Source: Myxococcota bacterium (GTDB lineage Bacteria > Myxococcota > B64-G9). Taken from it: a stretch of 64,000 nucleotides of DNA. The notes below the pieces were generated by a model. That model saw only the letters and a program-made list of their open reading frames with translations. It searched no databases and was not told where the DNA came from. This document shows, piece after piece, positions 36,901 to 46,218 of the stretch (position 1 is the stretch's first letter; each line of letters opens with the position of its first letter). The stretch is taken from the NCBI GenBank assembly GCA_035528415.1, contig DATKYQ010000044.1:4473-68472 (forward strand). Direction: 5' to 3'. A program made the position numbers and the translations under genes.

Positions 36901-37643
36901 GTTCGCTGGCCCGTCGAGCACTCGTCGAGACAGTCGGGAGAACAGGTGACGCTGGATGCGTTACAGGTCTCGCCGCTCGAGCATGAATAGAAGTCGCCCC
37001 ACTCCTTGCAGCCATCTGAGTTGTAGTCGCCGCAGGTCTCGACACCGTTCTTCGGCGGCTGGGCGCAGCGGGTGGCGTCCTGGGTCGTGCACTCGTCCGA
37101 GCAGGTCGAGACGCAGTTGCCGTCAACGCAGGTCAGTCCAACCCCGCAGGTGTTCAGCGGCCCCCAGTCGAGGCAATCGTCGCCGTCGTATTCGCCGCAG
37201 ACGCGGTAACCGTTGGCACCTTCCTTGTCGCAGACCTGGGCGCCAACGCGACTGCACTCGTCCGTGCAGCTTGTCACGCACTCGCCGTCGACGCACAACT
37301 CGCCGGTTCCGCAATTCTGAGGAGCCTGCCATTCCTTGCAGGTGTCGTTGTCCGGATCGCCGCATACCTGAAACTGAGTAGTGCTGCCCAGCGCACAGCG
37401 CTTGTCACCGTCGCCGCACTCGTTGTTGCAGGCGGTGCAGTTAGCGCTTATACATTCCTGCCCGCTCAGGCAGGCATTTTCACACGAGCCGCAGTGGTTG
37501 CGATCGCTCGAGGTGTCGAGGCAAATACCGCCGCACTCTAGCTGGCCTGCCGGACACGGGTTGCTCGAACCGCCGCAGCCGGCCGAAGCCAGGGCAAGAA
37601 ACAAAGCCGAGCTAACATATAGGCAACATATACGCTTCTTCAT
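33918..37643 (-). CDS. Giant (about 1240 aa) lipoprotein: about 13 Cys-rich 48-aa repeats, lamin-tail domain (LTD), C-terminal PQQ-like beta-propeller
   Basis: ATG at 37643 with GGAGGAG RBS; lipoprotein signal MKKRICCLYVSSALFLALASAGC; repeat E-C-x-x-G-x-x-x-C-x(5-8)-CG-x-x-D-x-D-x-C-[LI]-[ED]-W-x(5)-C-x(4-5)-C-x-x-G-x-C; LTD-like block ILVISKLLYDCDGSPDIDYAYIEIFGPAG ... GGHFVIAPS; PQQ blades (GSIYFGTRGGGFMALDSDGSQKW, GTVYVGCDDGYLYAFNGATG). Confidence 0.8.
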   Translation of the reverse strand: MKKRICCLYVSSALFLALASAGCGGSSNPCPAGQLECGGICLDTSSDRNHCGSCENACLSGQECISANCTACNNECGDGDKRCALGSTTQFQVCGDPDNDTCKEWQAPQNCGTGELCVDGECVTSCTDECSRVGAQVCDKEGANGYRVCGEYDGDDCLDWGPLNTCGVGLTCVDGNCVSTCSDECTTQDATRCAQPPKNGVETCGDYNSDGCKEWGDFYSCSSGETCNASSVTCSPDCLDECSTGQRTCDGAGYRTCGQHDADLCLDWSAVTDCQSWEVCNAANGQCETACSDECQQGQRQCHSDTEIDLCANYDSDPCLEWGIIDTCNADEKCVNGQCVEDCKNECDPQGARMCQNVGSDAGYRVCGDWDSDSCIEWSTPTACDSGQSCSDGVCSDTCVDECDLGQKECFGTGFHQCGESGDGDSCRDWLAVVPCQAWEVCDQVTATCVVNCSDECGPAGSKACDGDNSGYMVCGNWNADPCLEWGAVNECGAGRICDPAINDCRDDCSDECPGSGSKQCADTDTWQTCANWDNDSCLEWGGDTDCQSGYVCSNGSCASTCSDECSQAGTTVCDGTGGWRLCDHLDADPCLDLGSFNACAGNEECQNGACVVICTDDCTPNDLQCNAGNDAVEVCAADGDSDPCFEWKTQQSCTAGTEVCHQAQCVSTTAPAILVISKLLYDCDGSPDIDYAYIEIFGPAGLNLNHYSLVGVNGNGGTDYVEFDLSGYTMPDGGHFVIAPSSTLWDQSLIDIFSNNADLQNGPDGVQVRWAGQTVVDGLAYEGTGAGTPQGGEGDPAPSAKYDTTYDIMYCLARRYDNDSGTYLDTDDNVTDFMTRTYCQPGGAGYGLRLAEYNTWSTVDATPAVDPATGAVFAPSYDYFDEVLPDFSSYAWFDVVAGDKSSPALSADGTVVYVGISAGAGAADSGLRAYQTAAGGATFPTVLWTAADTIEVRSSPAVGADGSIYFGTRGGGFMALDSDGSQKWVPYAETNWIDSSPALGNIGSGGEELVVFGVGGVGSGKVVALNAATGAEVWSDSTPTGGCNGSPGIGSDGTVYVGCDDGYLYAFNGATGAAQTGFPVLISADSGGTPEMVDGRSVAVAPASGGGDVIMATSSGSDTNFNIINSDSTISHYNMGPAPSSVTITADGGFLFVYGDGAGGAFIVAYGPQWTLEWYDYIGSSDDMAWITSSPNVLDVGYGQVYVGTHEGKIYSYYWAAGLFNGAGSFPKFRGDLVNSGRGF

Positions 37644-37806
37644 TCTCTCCTCCAAAGAAATGGCAAGATCAACATGTTTCTGGACCATCTAGACTCGGCC
37701 ATCCGACCCCGGCCGGTCAAGTAAAAAAAGCCGCCGGGAATCTTGAAAGCGGCTCGCAGAACGTGGTAGCTTCCGTCACCCAAACGATTTTTTCCGAGGA
37801 GGTGCG

Positions 37807-39939
37807 ATGGACCGCTCAGCCGAGACGCAAGCTAAGCTATTGCCCGCCAATGCCTATACCAAGCTCGAGCCAGGCCAGGAATACCGGCCCATCGTCCCTG
37901 CCGCGGACACGCGCGCCGAGGTGACCCCCTGGTCGATCGGCACGGGGCTGGCGATGGTAATCATCTTCACCGCCGCCTGCGTCTACATCGCGCTCAGGGC
38001 CGGCAACGGCATCGAGGCATCCATTCCAATCGCCATTCTGGCCATCTTTTTCGGCAAGATGAGAAAGATAAAGAGCACCATTCTCGAAAACGTGATGGTG
38101 CAGAGCGTGGGCCAGGCATCGGGGGTAGTGGCCGCCGGGGCCACTTTCGTTATCCCGGCTCTGTACATCAACCAGCTCGACGTCGCCTGGTGGGAAATCT
38201 TCTTGGCCAGCGCCGTGGGCGGCTTTTTGGGAATTGTGCTGATCATTCCGCTTCGCAAGTACTTCGTAAAGGACCTGCACGGCGACCTTCCTTTCCCCGA
38301 GGCCACCGCCATCAACGAGGTACTGGTCACGGGCGAGAGCTCGGCTGCCGGGGCGGGCAAGATTCTGCTGATGGCCTTCCTGTTGGGAGCCGGCTACGAC
38401 TTCATGGTCGAGGCATTCCGCCTCTGGAACCCGGACATTTCTACAACAAACATTCTGGGCTCGTTCGGCCAGGCCATGGGCGGCGTGCGGATCGAGCTGC
38501 AAATTTCCGGCCTGGCGGCCCTGTTCGGTCTGGGCTACATCATCGGAATCCGCTACGCATCCATAATCGCCGCAGGATCGGTTTTGGCAATGCTGGTGCT
38601 GGTGCCGCTGGTGTATCTTTTCGGCAAGAACCTGGGCTCTTTTTCTTATGCCAGCCAGGTCTTCGATCTCGGAAACATGAACGCCAATCAGATCTTCGGC
38701 AACTTCGTGAAACCGATAGGCATCGGGGCTATCGCCATCAGCGGACTGGTGGGTATCATCCGCATGGGCAAGATCGTCATGAGTTCCGTTACGCTGGGTT
38801 TCAAGGGCTTTTCCAAGAAAGGGCGGGCCGAGGCCGAGGCCGAGAGAACTCAGCTCGACATGGCCCCGCGAAACGTCTTGCTTATCGAACTCGGCTCGGC
38901 TCTGGCCATGGGTGTGCTCTTTTTCGTGGTGGCCAACATCACCACGGTCGGCGGTGAATCTTACGGGCTGGGCCAGAGCCTGGTCTTCGCCGTGGTGGGC
39001 ATGCTGGCCGGGTTTCTGCTGTCTTTCCTGTTCACACCGGTGGCAGCCCAGGCGATCGCCATCGTGGGCGTCAACCCGGTCTCGGGCATGACGCTGATCA
39101 CCGTGACTCTGGCCATCGGAGCGCTGATCATGGTGGGTCTGGCCGGTAAAGCCGGCATGATCATCGCCCTGGTGGTCGGTTGCGCCGTCTGCACGGCGCT
39201 ATCGACCTCGGGGGCGCTTATTTCCGATTTCAAGATTGGCTACTGGATCGGCGCCACCCCGCGTAACCAGCAGCGCTGGAAATTCCTGGGCGTGCTGGTG
39301 GCCGCGCTGGTGGTGGCGGTCGTCATTCCCTTGATGGATCAGGCTTACCACTTCATTGACCCCCTTACCGGCCTTTCGAACAATCAACTTCCCGCGCCGC
39401 AGGCAAACATGATGGCCGCGGTCTCGCGCGGCCTGATGGACAACCCGGCCAACCAGCCCTGGCTGCTCTACGGCCTGGGCGGCATCGTGGCGATCATGCT
39501 GCTGATGTCGGGAGTGCCGATGTTGGCCTTCGCCCTGGGAATGTACCTGCCGATCTCGATCAACATGGCCGTGCTGGCCGGGGCGGTCTGCGCCTGGGCG
39601 ATATCCCGCACCGGAGGAAGCGAACGGGTGCGCAAGGCACGCGCCGAGCAGGGCACGCTGATAGCCTCGGGCATGATGGCCGGCGCGGCCATCTTCGGTA
39701 TCATCACCGCCGCCATGCGTCTGACGGACCTGGGCGCGCCAATCCAGTACACCAGTGTCGGCGTAGCCTGCCTGGTCAAGAACGGGGTGCTGCACGAGAA
39801 AGCCGCAACCTGGTTTTCGGGACCCCCGGGCCAACTAATCAGCGTGGGCATGTTGTTGATGCTATCGTTCGCCTGCTACGGGCTCGCCCGCATGGGAGCC
39901 AAATGGGTACTGGGCAGGCCTGGCAAAACAGAAACATGA
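37807..39939 (+). CDS. OPT-family oligopeptide transporter
   Basis: 710 aa; about 16 TM segments; N-terminal architecture (YRPIVPAADTRAEVTPWSIGTGLAMVIIFTAACVYIALRAGNGIEASIP) typical of bacterial OPT proteins. Confidence 0.8.
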   Translation: MDRSAETQAKLLPANAYTKLEPGQEYRPIVPAADTRAEVTPWSIGTGLAMVIIFTAACVYIALRAGNGIEASIPIAILAIFFGKMRKIKSTILENVMVQSVGQASGVVAAGATFVIPALYINQLDVAWWEIFLASAVGGFLGIVLIIPLRKYFVKDLHGDLPFPEATAINEVLVTGESSAAGAGKILLMAFLLGAGYDFMVEAFRLWNPDISTTNILGSFGQAMGGVRIELQISGLAALFGLGYIIGIRYASIIAAGSVLAMLVLVPLVYLFGKNLGSFSYASQVFDLGNMNANQIFGNFVKPIGIGAIAISGLVGIIRMGKIVMSSVTLGFKGFSKKGRAEAEAERTQLDMAPRNVLLIELGSALAMGVLFFVVANITTVGGESYGLGQSLVFAVVGMLAGFLLSFLFTPVAAQAIAIVGVNPVSGMTLITVTLAIGALIMVGLAGKAGMIIALVVGCAVCTALSTSGALISDFKIGYWIGATPRNQQRWKFLGVLVAALVVAVVIPLMDQAYHFIDPLTGLSNNQLPAPQANMMAAVSRGLMDNPANQPWLLYGLGGIVAIMLLMSGVPMLAFALGMYLPISINMAVLAGAVCAWAISRTGGSERVRKARAEQGTLIASGMMAGAAIFGIITAAMRLTDLGAPIQYTSVGVACLVKNGVLHEKAATWFSGPPGQLISVGMLLMLSFACYGLARMGAKWVLGRPGKTET

Positions 39940-41159
39940 GCATCCTGACCCTGAACTGCGGATCTTCCTCGGTCAAGTACTCGCTCTTCGACACCCGCGG
40001 GCATGATTTCACCTGCCGCGGCCTGGTGGAGCGGGTAGGCATGGGCAAGAGCTTTCTCAGACAACAATATGCCGGCCGGGAGACTCGAATAGATCGAGAT
40101 TGCCGTGATCATGCCGCTGCTGTCGGCCTGGTTCTCGATATTCTCACAACCGGCGAAGACTCGCCCATCCGCGCCGTCGGTCACCGGGTGGTCCACGGCG
40201 GCGAAGAGTTCGCAGCCAGCGCCTTGGTGACCCCCGAGATGCTGAGCACCGTAGAGCGCGTGGCCGAGTTGGCCCCGCTGCACAACCCGCCCAACCTGGC
40301 CGGCATTCGGGCGGCCGGGGCTCTGTTGCCGGGCATTCCACAGGTGGCCGTCTTCGATACGGCTTTTCACCAGCGCATGCCGCCGGAAGCCTACATATAT
40401 CCGCTACCCTACGAGTGGTACGAAAAATACGGCATCCGGCGCTACGGCTTCCACGGCACCAGCCACCTGTACGTCGCGGCCCGGGCGGCGGTCATGCTCG
40501 GCCGCCCGCTCGAAGAACTGAAGCTAGTCACGCTTCACATCGGCAACGGCGCAAGCGCGGCGGCGGTGCTGGACGGTCGTTCGGTGGACACTTCCATGGG
40601 CTTCACGCCGCTGGAGGGACTGGTCATGGGCACCCGTTGCGGCTGGATCGACCCGGCCATAGTAACCTACGTCATGCAGCGCGAAGATCTCGACGCCGAC
40701 GAGATGGACCGGCTGCTCAACAAACGCTCCGGCCTGCTGGGCCTGAGCGGCCGCTTCACCGACCGGCGCGATATCCTGGAAGGCGCGGACCGCGGAGACG
40801 AACGTTGTGAGCTGGCGCTACAGATAGAGTGCCGGGCCATCACTAAAATCATCGGAAGCTATGCGGCGGTCATGGGCGGGCTCGACGGCGTGGTCTTCAC
40901 CGCCGGGGTGGGCGAAAACGCGGCGGCCATCAGGGCCCGCGCCCTCGAAGGCCTCAGGTTCCTGGGCATCCGACTCGATCCCGCAAGGAACGAGCGCGCG
41001 CTCGGCGGCGCGCGCGAAGAGTTCATATCGAGCGACGCCAGCCCGGTCGCAGCACTGGTTATCCCTACCAATGAAGAGCTGGTAATTGCCGAGGACACTC
41101 AGGCCATTCTCGAAGGCCGCCTCGAAGATCCCGACTTCAGCTACTCCTTCGCCCGGTAA
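39936..41159 (+). CDS. ackA: Acetate kinase
   Basis: ATG overlaps OPT stop (ATGA); MSILTLNCGSSSVKYSLFD N-terminal motif; VVHGG, HLGNGAS, TSMGFTP, FTAGVGEN landmarks. Confidence 0.9.
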   Translation: MSILTLNCGSSSVKYSLFDTRGHDFTCRGLVERVGMGKSFLRQQYAGRETRIDRDCRDHAAAVGLVLDILTTGEDSPIRAVGHRVVHGGEEFAASALVTPEMLSTVERVAELAPLHNPPNLAGIRAAGALLPGIPQVAVFDTAFHQRMPPEAYIYPLPYEWYEKYGIRRYGFHGTSHLYVAARAAVMLGRPLEELKLVTLHIGNGASAAAVLDGRSVDTSMGFTPLEGLVMGTRCGWIDPAIVTYVMQREDLDADEMDRLLNKRSGLLGLSGRFTDRRDILEGADRGDERCELALQIECRAITKIIGSYAAVMGGLDGVVFTAGVGENAAAIRARALEGLRFLGIRLDPARNERALGGAREEFISSDASPVAALVIPTNEELVIAEDTQAILEGRLEDPDFSYSFAR

Positions 41160-43170
41160 TCTTTGCCAGCGCCGCCTGAAAATCCTTGATGGTCGCCGGC
41201 TTGGCTATGAAGTCATCCATTCCCGCCGCCAGGCAGCGCTCGCGGTCTTCTTCGAGCGAGTGGGCGGTCATGGCAATCATGTACACGTGGCGATCGCCGC
41301 CGGCTTCATGGCGGCGAATCTCTTTCGTGGCATCGAAGCCGTCGACGCCGGGCATCTGGCAATCCATGAAAATCGCGTCGTAATCTCCGCGCGCGGCCAT
41401 CTCGACCGCCTGCCGACCGTCGGCGGCCAGCTCGATCTCGCAGCCCAGCCTCCCGAGAATGGTCAGAGACACTTCCTGGCTGACGTCGTTGTCTTCCGCC
41501 ACCAGCACTTTCAACCCAGTTGGTACGCTTTTTTCGGTTCGCTCTTCCGGAACGGGCTCGTCTTCACACGGGGACTCGACTACAGAAAGATCCAGAACGA
41601 AGAAGAACTCCGAACCCTGCTCCGGCCGGCTTTTCACCGATAACTCACCGCCCATCATCAGGACGAGCTGCTTGCTGATGGCCAGGCCCAGTCCGCAACC
41701 CGCGTAGCGGCGCGAGGCCGATGAATCGACCTGGGTGAACTTGTCGAAGATGCCGTCGAGCTTCTCGCCGGGAATCCCGATTCCTGTGTCATGAACCGAG
41801 AAACGCAACCGGGCCATGTCTCCTTTTCGTCCCTCGCTCTCGACTGCCAGCCTGACCCGCCCGCGCTCGGTGAACTTCAGGGCATTGTCTACCAGGTTGA
41901 CCAGTACCCGTCTGATGCGTCCGGCGTCGCCGACGAGCCGGTGAGGCGCCAGGGGAGCATAGCGCATGGACAGATCGAGACCTTTCTCAATCGCCAAGGG
42001 CGATAGCATCTCGACAACGTCGGCCGTCAGCGCCCGCATATCCAGCGGGGCCGGATCGAGCGTCAGACGTCCCGCCTCGATCCTCGAGAAATCCAGAAGA
42101 TCGTTGATGACGTTCAAGAGCACCTCGGCCGAGCGCGTGATCGTCTCAACATAGCGCCTCTGCTTGTCATCGAGACCACCGTCATCGAGCAGCGAGGCGA
42201 CTCCGATGATGCCGGCCAAGGGAGTGCGAAGTTCGTGACCCATGTTGGCCAGGAACTCGCTCTTGGCCCGGTTGGCCGCCTCGGCATCTTCCTTGGCTGC
42301 CTGGAGAGCACTCAGGACCTTGCGGCGTTCGGTTACGTCGCGCGCGATCACCAGCACCGCCGGCCGGCCGCCGTGCTTGATGGCCGTATCGGAGATCTCG
42401 AGATCGCGCATCTGGCCGTTGCGATCTCTAAATCTCACCTCGGCCTTGTCCTGCCTGCGCTCACCCGAGAGAAGCGCGCTTACGCGGGCCAGGCTTCCTT
42501 GCTTCTCGTCTTCTCCAAGGTAATCTATGTAGTCGCTCTCGATCACCTCGGCCGGCCGCCTGCCCCCCATTTTCGCGAGGGCCCGGTTCAGGAAGATCAC
42601 CTTGCCGTCCTGCAGGATGGCCACCCCGTCGCTGGCCGCCTCGACCAGCGCCAGGTAAAGGGCCTCGGATTCCTCGCTGCGCACCAGCAGATCTCTCTGC
42701 GCCCGAACCTTTTGCGTGCGCAGGCGATGGATCTCGAAGACACGGTCCAGCAAGCGCAGGAGAGTACGGCTCTCGATCGGCTTGCGCAGGTAGTGAAAGG
42801 CGCCCTTCTCCATGGCCGCCACGGCCGAGTCGAGATCGGCATGCGCGGTCATGACGATGCATAAGCAATCTGGATGGCGCCCCTTGAACTCCGATAGAAA
42901 ATCGGTGCCCAGCCCGTCCGGCAGACGCAAGTCGATAAGCGCCACCTGGAATTCGCGCTTGGCTGCAATAGCTCGCGCCTCTGCACAGTTTCCGACGAAG
43001 GTTACCCGGCAGCCTTCCTTTTCCAGAATGTCAGCGAGCAACCCGCAAAGAGCCGCATCGTCGTCCACCACCAGGATGGTTCTTTCGTTCGAGTCCGCCA
43101 AACTCCCTCCAAAAAGCATCCTATCCACAAAACAGGACCCATTGATATGACACCCGCACACAGGAATCAA
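41137..43170 (-). CDS. Hybrid sensor histidine kinase: REC - PAS - HisKA - HATPase_c - REC
   Basis: N-terminal receiver (ILVVDDDAAL ... ALIDLRLPDGLG ... FHYLRKP); PAS-like middle; H-box ANMGHELRTPL; N, G1 and G2 boxes (DTGIGIP, GCGLGLAIS); C-terminal receiver (LVAEDNDVSQ ... IFMDCQMPGVDG ... IAKP); true start may be the internal ATG around 43122. Confidence 0.8.
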   Translation of the reverse strand: MIPVCGCHINGSCFVDRMLFGGSLADSNERTILVVDDDAALCGLLADILEKEGCRVTFVGNCAEARAIAAKREFQVALIDLRLPDGLGTDFLSEFKGRHPDCLCIVMTAHADLDSAVAAMEKGAFHYLRKPIESRTLLRLLDRVFEIHRLRTQKVRAQRDLLVRSEESEALYLALVEAASDGVAILQDGKVIFLNRALAKMGGRRPAEVIESDYIDYLGEDEKQGSLARVSALLSGERRQDKAEVRFRDRNGQMRDLEISDTAIKHGGRPAVLVIARDVTERRKVLSALQAAKEDAEAANRAKSEFLANMGHELRTPLAGIIGVASLLDDGGLDDKQRRYVETITRSAEVLLNVINDLLDFSRIEAGRLTLDPAPLDMRALTADVVEMLSPLAIEKGLDLSMRYAPLAPHRLVGDAGRIRRVLVNLVDNALKFTERGRVRLAVESEGRKGDMARLRFSVHDTGIGIPGEKLDGIFDKFTQVDSSASRRYAGCGLGLAISKQLVLMMGGELSVKSRPEQGSEFFFVLDLSVVESPCEDEPVPEERTEKSVPTGLKVLVAEDNDVSQEVSLTILGRLGCEIELAADGRQAVEMAARGDYDAIFMDCQMPGVDGFDATKEIRRHEAGGDRHVYMIAMTAHSLEEDRERCLAAGMDDFIAKPATIKDFQAALAKITGRRSS

Positions 43171-43221
43171 GCAACAGGTTTACCGATTGCCGCTTGCATG
43201 CCTGTCTGCTACGCTTCAACA

Positions 43222-44295
43222 ATGATTGCTGTTATCGATAGGCGGCCGAGATGGAAGCGCCTGATGGCTATAGTTCTCGGCGCTGTGGTCACACTGGCTC
43301 TTGTTTTCGCGGGAGTGCTGATGTTGATCGAATGGAAGCCCGGGCCAGTCGAGGACACGCCGGTATCCGGAGGCGGCGACCGGGCACTGAAGCCGCCTGT
43401 GTCGCTGGATCTATTGTCTTTCAACATAGGCTACGGAGGGCTTGGCCGGCAGGCCGACTTCTTCATGGACGGCGGCGAACAGGTGCGCCCTGAGCGGGAT
43501 GCCGTCGAGGCCAACCTCGCGGCCTTCGGGGATGTCTTGCGCTCTCATCCGGCCGACATCGTCTTGCTCCAGGAGGTCGACCGCGACTCCTCTCGAAGCT
43601 ACGGCATCGACCAGGCCGCGGCCCTGGCCGGCGTGCTGCCGGGCTTTGCCCGCTCGATGGCGCTCAACTTCAAGGTGCCCTGGATTCCCTACCCCGTGTT
43701 GCGCCCGCTGGGCAGGGTTGAAAGCGGCCTGCTCTCTTTGAGTCGCTACCCGTTAGGCTCGGCCAAGCGCTTACAACTTCCCGGCTACTACCCCTGGCCG
43801 GTGCGCGTCTTTCATCTCAAGCGCTGTCTGCACCTGTTACGCTTCCCGGCCCCGGACGGCAAGGACTGGGTGATAATCAACCTGCACCTGTCGGCTTTCG
43901 ACAAGGGCGGCCGCCTGCGGCAGGAGCAGATGGTCTACCTGAAGAAACTGGTTATGGATCTGACAGGCGCCGGGCATCACCTGATCGCCGGGGGCGATTG
44001 GAACCAGGCCTTTCCCGGGATCGACGGCGGCACTTTTGCGCACGGCGATCCCGTTCCAGGCTGGTTCCAGCAGATGGATCCAGCCTGGCTCCCAGCCGGC
44101 TTCCGGTGGGCCTACGACCGCATGCAACCCTCGCTGCGCGCCATCAACAAACCCTACACACCAGGCGAGAACTTCCTGACAATAGTAGACGGCTTCTTAG
44201 TCGGCCCCGGAATAGAAGTGCTCGAAGTACACACGACCAACCTCGGCTTTGCCAACAGCGACCACAACCCGGTGCTGCTGCGGGTGAGGCTCTAA
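43222..44295 (+). CDS. Endonuclease/exonuclease/phosphatase (EEP) family protein, N-terminally membrane-anchored
   Basis: TM MAIVLGAVVTLALVFAGVLMLI; EEP landmarks LLQEVD, NLHLSAFD, GDWN, SDHNPVLL. Confidence 0.7.
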   Translation: MIAVIDRRPRWKRLMAIVLGAVVTLALVFAGVLMLIEWKPGPVEDTPVSGGGDRALKPPVSLDLLSFNIGYGGLGRQADFFMDGGEQVRPERDAVEANLAAFGDVLRSHPADIVLLQEVDRDSSRSYGIDQAAALAGVLPGFARSMALNFKVPWIPYPVLRPLGRVESGLLSLSRYPLGSAKRLQLPGYYPWPVRVFHLKRCLHLLRFPAPDGKDWVIINLHLSAFDKGGRLRQEQMVYLKKLVMDLTGAGHHLIAGGDWNQAFPGIDGGTFAHGDPVPGWFQQMDPAWLPAGFRWAYDRMQPSLRAINKPYTPGENFLTIVDGFLVGPGIEVLEVHTTNLGFANSDHNPVLLRVRL

Positions 44296-45317
44296 TTTCC
44301 CGGCTCGATGATTACTTTTATAGACTCGTCGCCTTGTGCGACCAGGCGGAAGCCTTCCTGGATTTGAGACAGCGGCAGGCGGTGGGTGACCATCTCGGCG
44401 ACGGAAACCGTCCGGCCGGCTATCAGATCCAGGGCTTCCGCGCAGTCGGCGGGCGAGCCGGCGTAGGACGGGACAAGGGTTATCCCGTTTCGCCAGAAGT
44501 CGTTCACCGGAACGGGAAGATCCTGGCCCGGGGGCGGGGTGGCGAAGAAGAGAACGGTTCCTCCCCGGTCGACCGAAAGGATGGCCTGATTGAGGACAGG
44601 GATGGTCCCGGCGCAGACTATTACCACGTCGGCACCGCGGCCCTGGTTGATCTTGCGGATTTCCGCCGGCACGTCGTCGTCCCCGTGCAGAACCGCCGTG
44701 GCACCGAACTTCTCGGCCTGTTTCATGCGGTAGGTGTTGATGTCTGTTGCTATCACCTGCGAAACGCCTAGTGCACGCGCGAGCGCAATGTGCAAGATAC
44801 CCGAGATGCCGCTTCCCAGCACTGCAACCGTCTTGCCGGGCTTGACCCCGGCGATGCGCTGGCCGCGAAGCACGCAGGCCAGCGGCTCAATAAAAGTACC
44901 CTCCTCGAAGCTCATGCTGTCCGGCAGAATAAAAAGGCCGCGATCGACATTGATGGCCGGTACGCGGACGAACTCGGAAAAACCTCCGGGATCGAAGTTG
45001 GTGGTATGCAGTGTCTCGCAGACGGTGTGCTGCCCGCTCAAGCAGTAGCGACAGGTGTTGCAGGGCACATGGTGGCTGACAAATACGCGCTCTCTGACCT
45101 TGTAGCGTGAAACTCCCGGGCCGACTTTCTCTATTGTGCCCGCGATCTCATGGCCCAGCACAAGCGGCGCTTTCTTGATGCGGTACCACTCCATGACATC
45201 GCTTCCGCAGATGCCGCTGGCGGCAACCCGCACCAGGATTTCGCCCGGCCCGATTTCGGGAACGGGCCGTTCCTCGACGCGGCTGTCTGTGTTGTTGTGG
45301 TAGACGGCGACCTTCAT
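44292..45317 (-). CDS. Zn-dependent medium-chain alcohol dehydrogenase (sorbitol/threonine dehydrogenase-like)
   Basis: GICGSDV ... GHEIAGTIEKVG catalytic Zn site; structural Zn Cys cluster CNTCRYCLSGQHTVC; Rossmann VAVLGSGISG. Confidence 0.8.
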   Translation of the reverse strand: MKVAVYHNNTDSRVEERPVPEIGPGEILVRVAASGICGSDVMEWYRIKKAPLVLGHEIAGTIEKVGPGVSRYKVRERVFVSHHVPCNTCRYCLSGQHTVCETLHTTNFDPGGFSEFVRVPAINVDRGLFILPDSMSFEEGTFIEPLACVLRGQRIAGVKPGKTVAVLGSGISGILHIALARALGVSQVIATDINTYRMKQAEKFGATAVLHGDDDVPAEIRKINQGRGADVVIVCAGTIPVLNQAILSVDRGGTVLFFATPPPGQDLPVPVNDFWRNGITLVPSYAGSPADCAEALDLIAGRTVSVAEMVTHRLPLSQIQEGFRLVAQGDESIKVIIEPGN

Positions 45318-45322
45318 GAGCG

Positions 45323-46111
45323 CTACTTTTCAGACGCCTTCAGATCCTGGTACATCTCGTAGGCCTGTCCGGCCGGCAGGTTCTTGTGAACAACGGCGCG
45401 CACCGCCTTGATCATGGCCACCGGGGAATCTGACTGGAAGACGTTGCGGCCCATGTCCACCCCGGCGGCGCCGTCGCCCACGGCGTTGGCGGCCATTTCT
45501 AAAGCATCCTTCTCGGGCATCTTCTTGCCGCCGGCGATCACCACCGGAACCGGAGTGGCGGCAATGATTTTCGAAAAATTCTCGCAGTAGTATGTTTTCA
45601 CCATGTGGCTGCCGATCTCGACGGCCATCCGGCAACACAGCCCCAGATAGCGGGCATCCCGGGCCATCTCGCGGCCCACCGCGGTCACGGTCATGACGGG
45701 GATGCCGTACTTGTTGCCCCAGTCGGCGAGCTTGCCCAGGTTGATAAGCGTCTGGTGCTCGCCCGGTGTGCCGACGAAGATGGACAGGGTGATGCCGCAG
45801 ACATTGAGCCTGATTGCATCTTCAATGTCGCAGGTGAGGCCTTCGTTGGAAAGTTCTGTGAGAATGCTGTTGCCCCCCGAGACGCGCAACATGATCGGCA
45901 CGTCGCTGTCGGGGTCGACACAGATGCGCAGCATTCCCCTTGTGATCATCAGGGTGTCGGCGTACGGCAGTAAGGGGTCGATCGTGCTCTTGAGATCCCT
46001 AAGGCCGGTGGTGGGTCCCTGAAAGTAGCCGTGGTCCACGGCCAGCATGACGATCCGTCCGGTATCGGGTTTGATCATCCGCGCCATTCTGTTCTTCATT
46101 CCCCATTCCAT
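45323..46111 (-). CDS. Class I DhnA/LsrF-type aldolase (fructose-bisphosphate aldolase family)
   Basis: 262 aa; blocks IVMLAVDHGY, ITRGM, MLRVSGG, HMVKTYY resemble archaeal-type class I FBP aldolase / LsrF. Confidence 0.7.
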   Translation of the reverse strand: MEWGMKNRMARMIKPDTGRIVMLAVDHGYFQGPTTGLRDLKSTIDPLLPYADTLMITRGMLRICVDPDSDVPIMLRVSGGNSILTELSNEGLTCDIEDAIRLNVCGITLSIFVGTPGEHQTLINLGKLADWGNKYGIPVMTVTAVGREMARDARYLGLCCRMAVEIGSHMVKTYYCENFSKIIAATPVPVVIAGGKKMPEKDALEMAANAVGDGAAGVDMGRNVFQSDSPVAMIKAVRAVVHKNLPAGQAYEMYQDLKASEK

Positions 46112-46206
46112 GTTCTTCCTCCTTCATGGTTCGAGAGTGCAATCTTATGCAACGCAGTATGGAAGTCAAGCTGCTCAGCGAACGACGATCCGCCTCTCGT
46201 TGACAC

Positions 46207-46218
46207 CCCGATATCGGG
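46207..46218. promoter_or_regulatory. 12-bp perfect palindrome CCCGATATCGGG in the 190-bp gap upstream of the aldolase/ADH genes
   Basis: Perfect inverted repeat inside the only sizeable intergenic gap of the BMC region; candidate operator; function not demonstrable from sequence. Confidence 0.2.

Noticed and set aside
37689-37806. Hairpin plus A-tract (aaaaaaagccgccggg...gcggct) as an intrinsic terminator
   Set aside because: On the plus strand the A-run precedes the stem. On the minus strand it would lie upstream of a gene start rather than after a stop, so it is unlikely to function as a terminator here.
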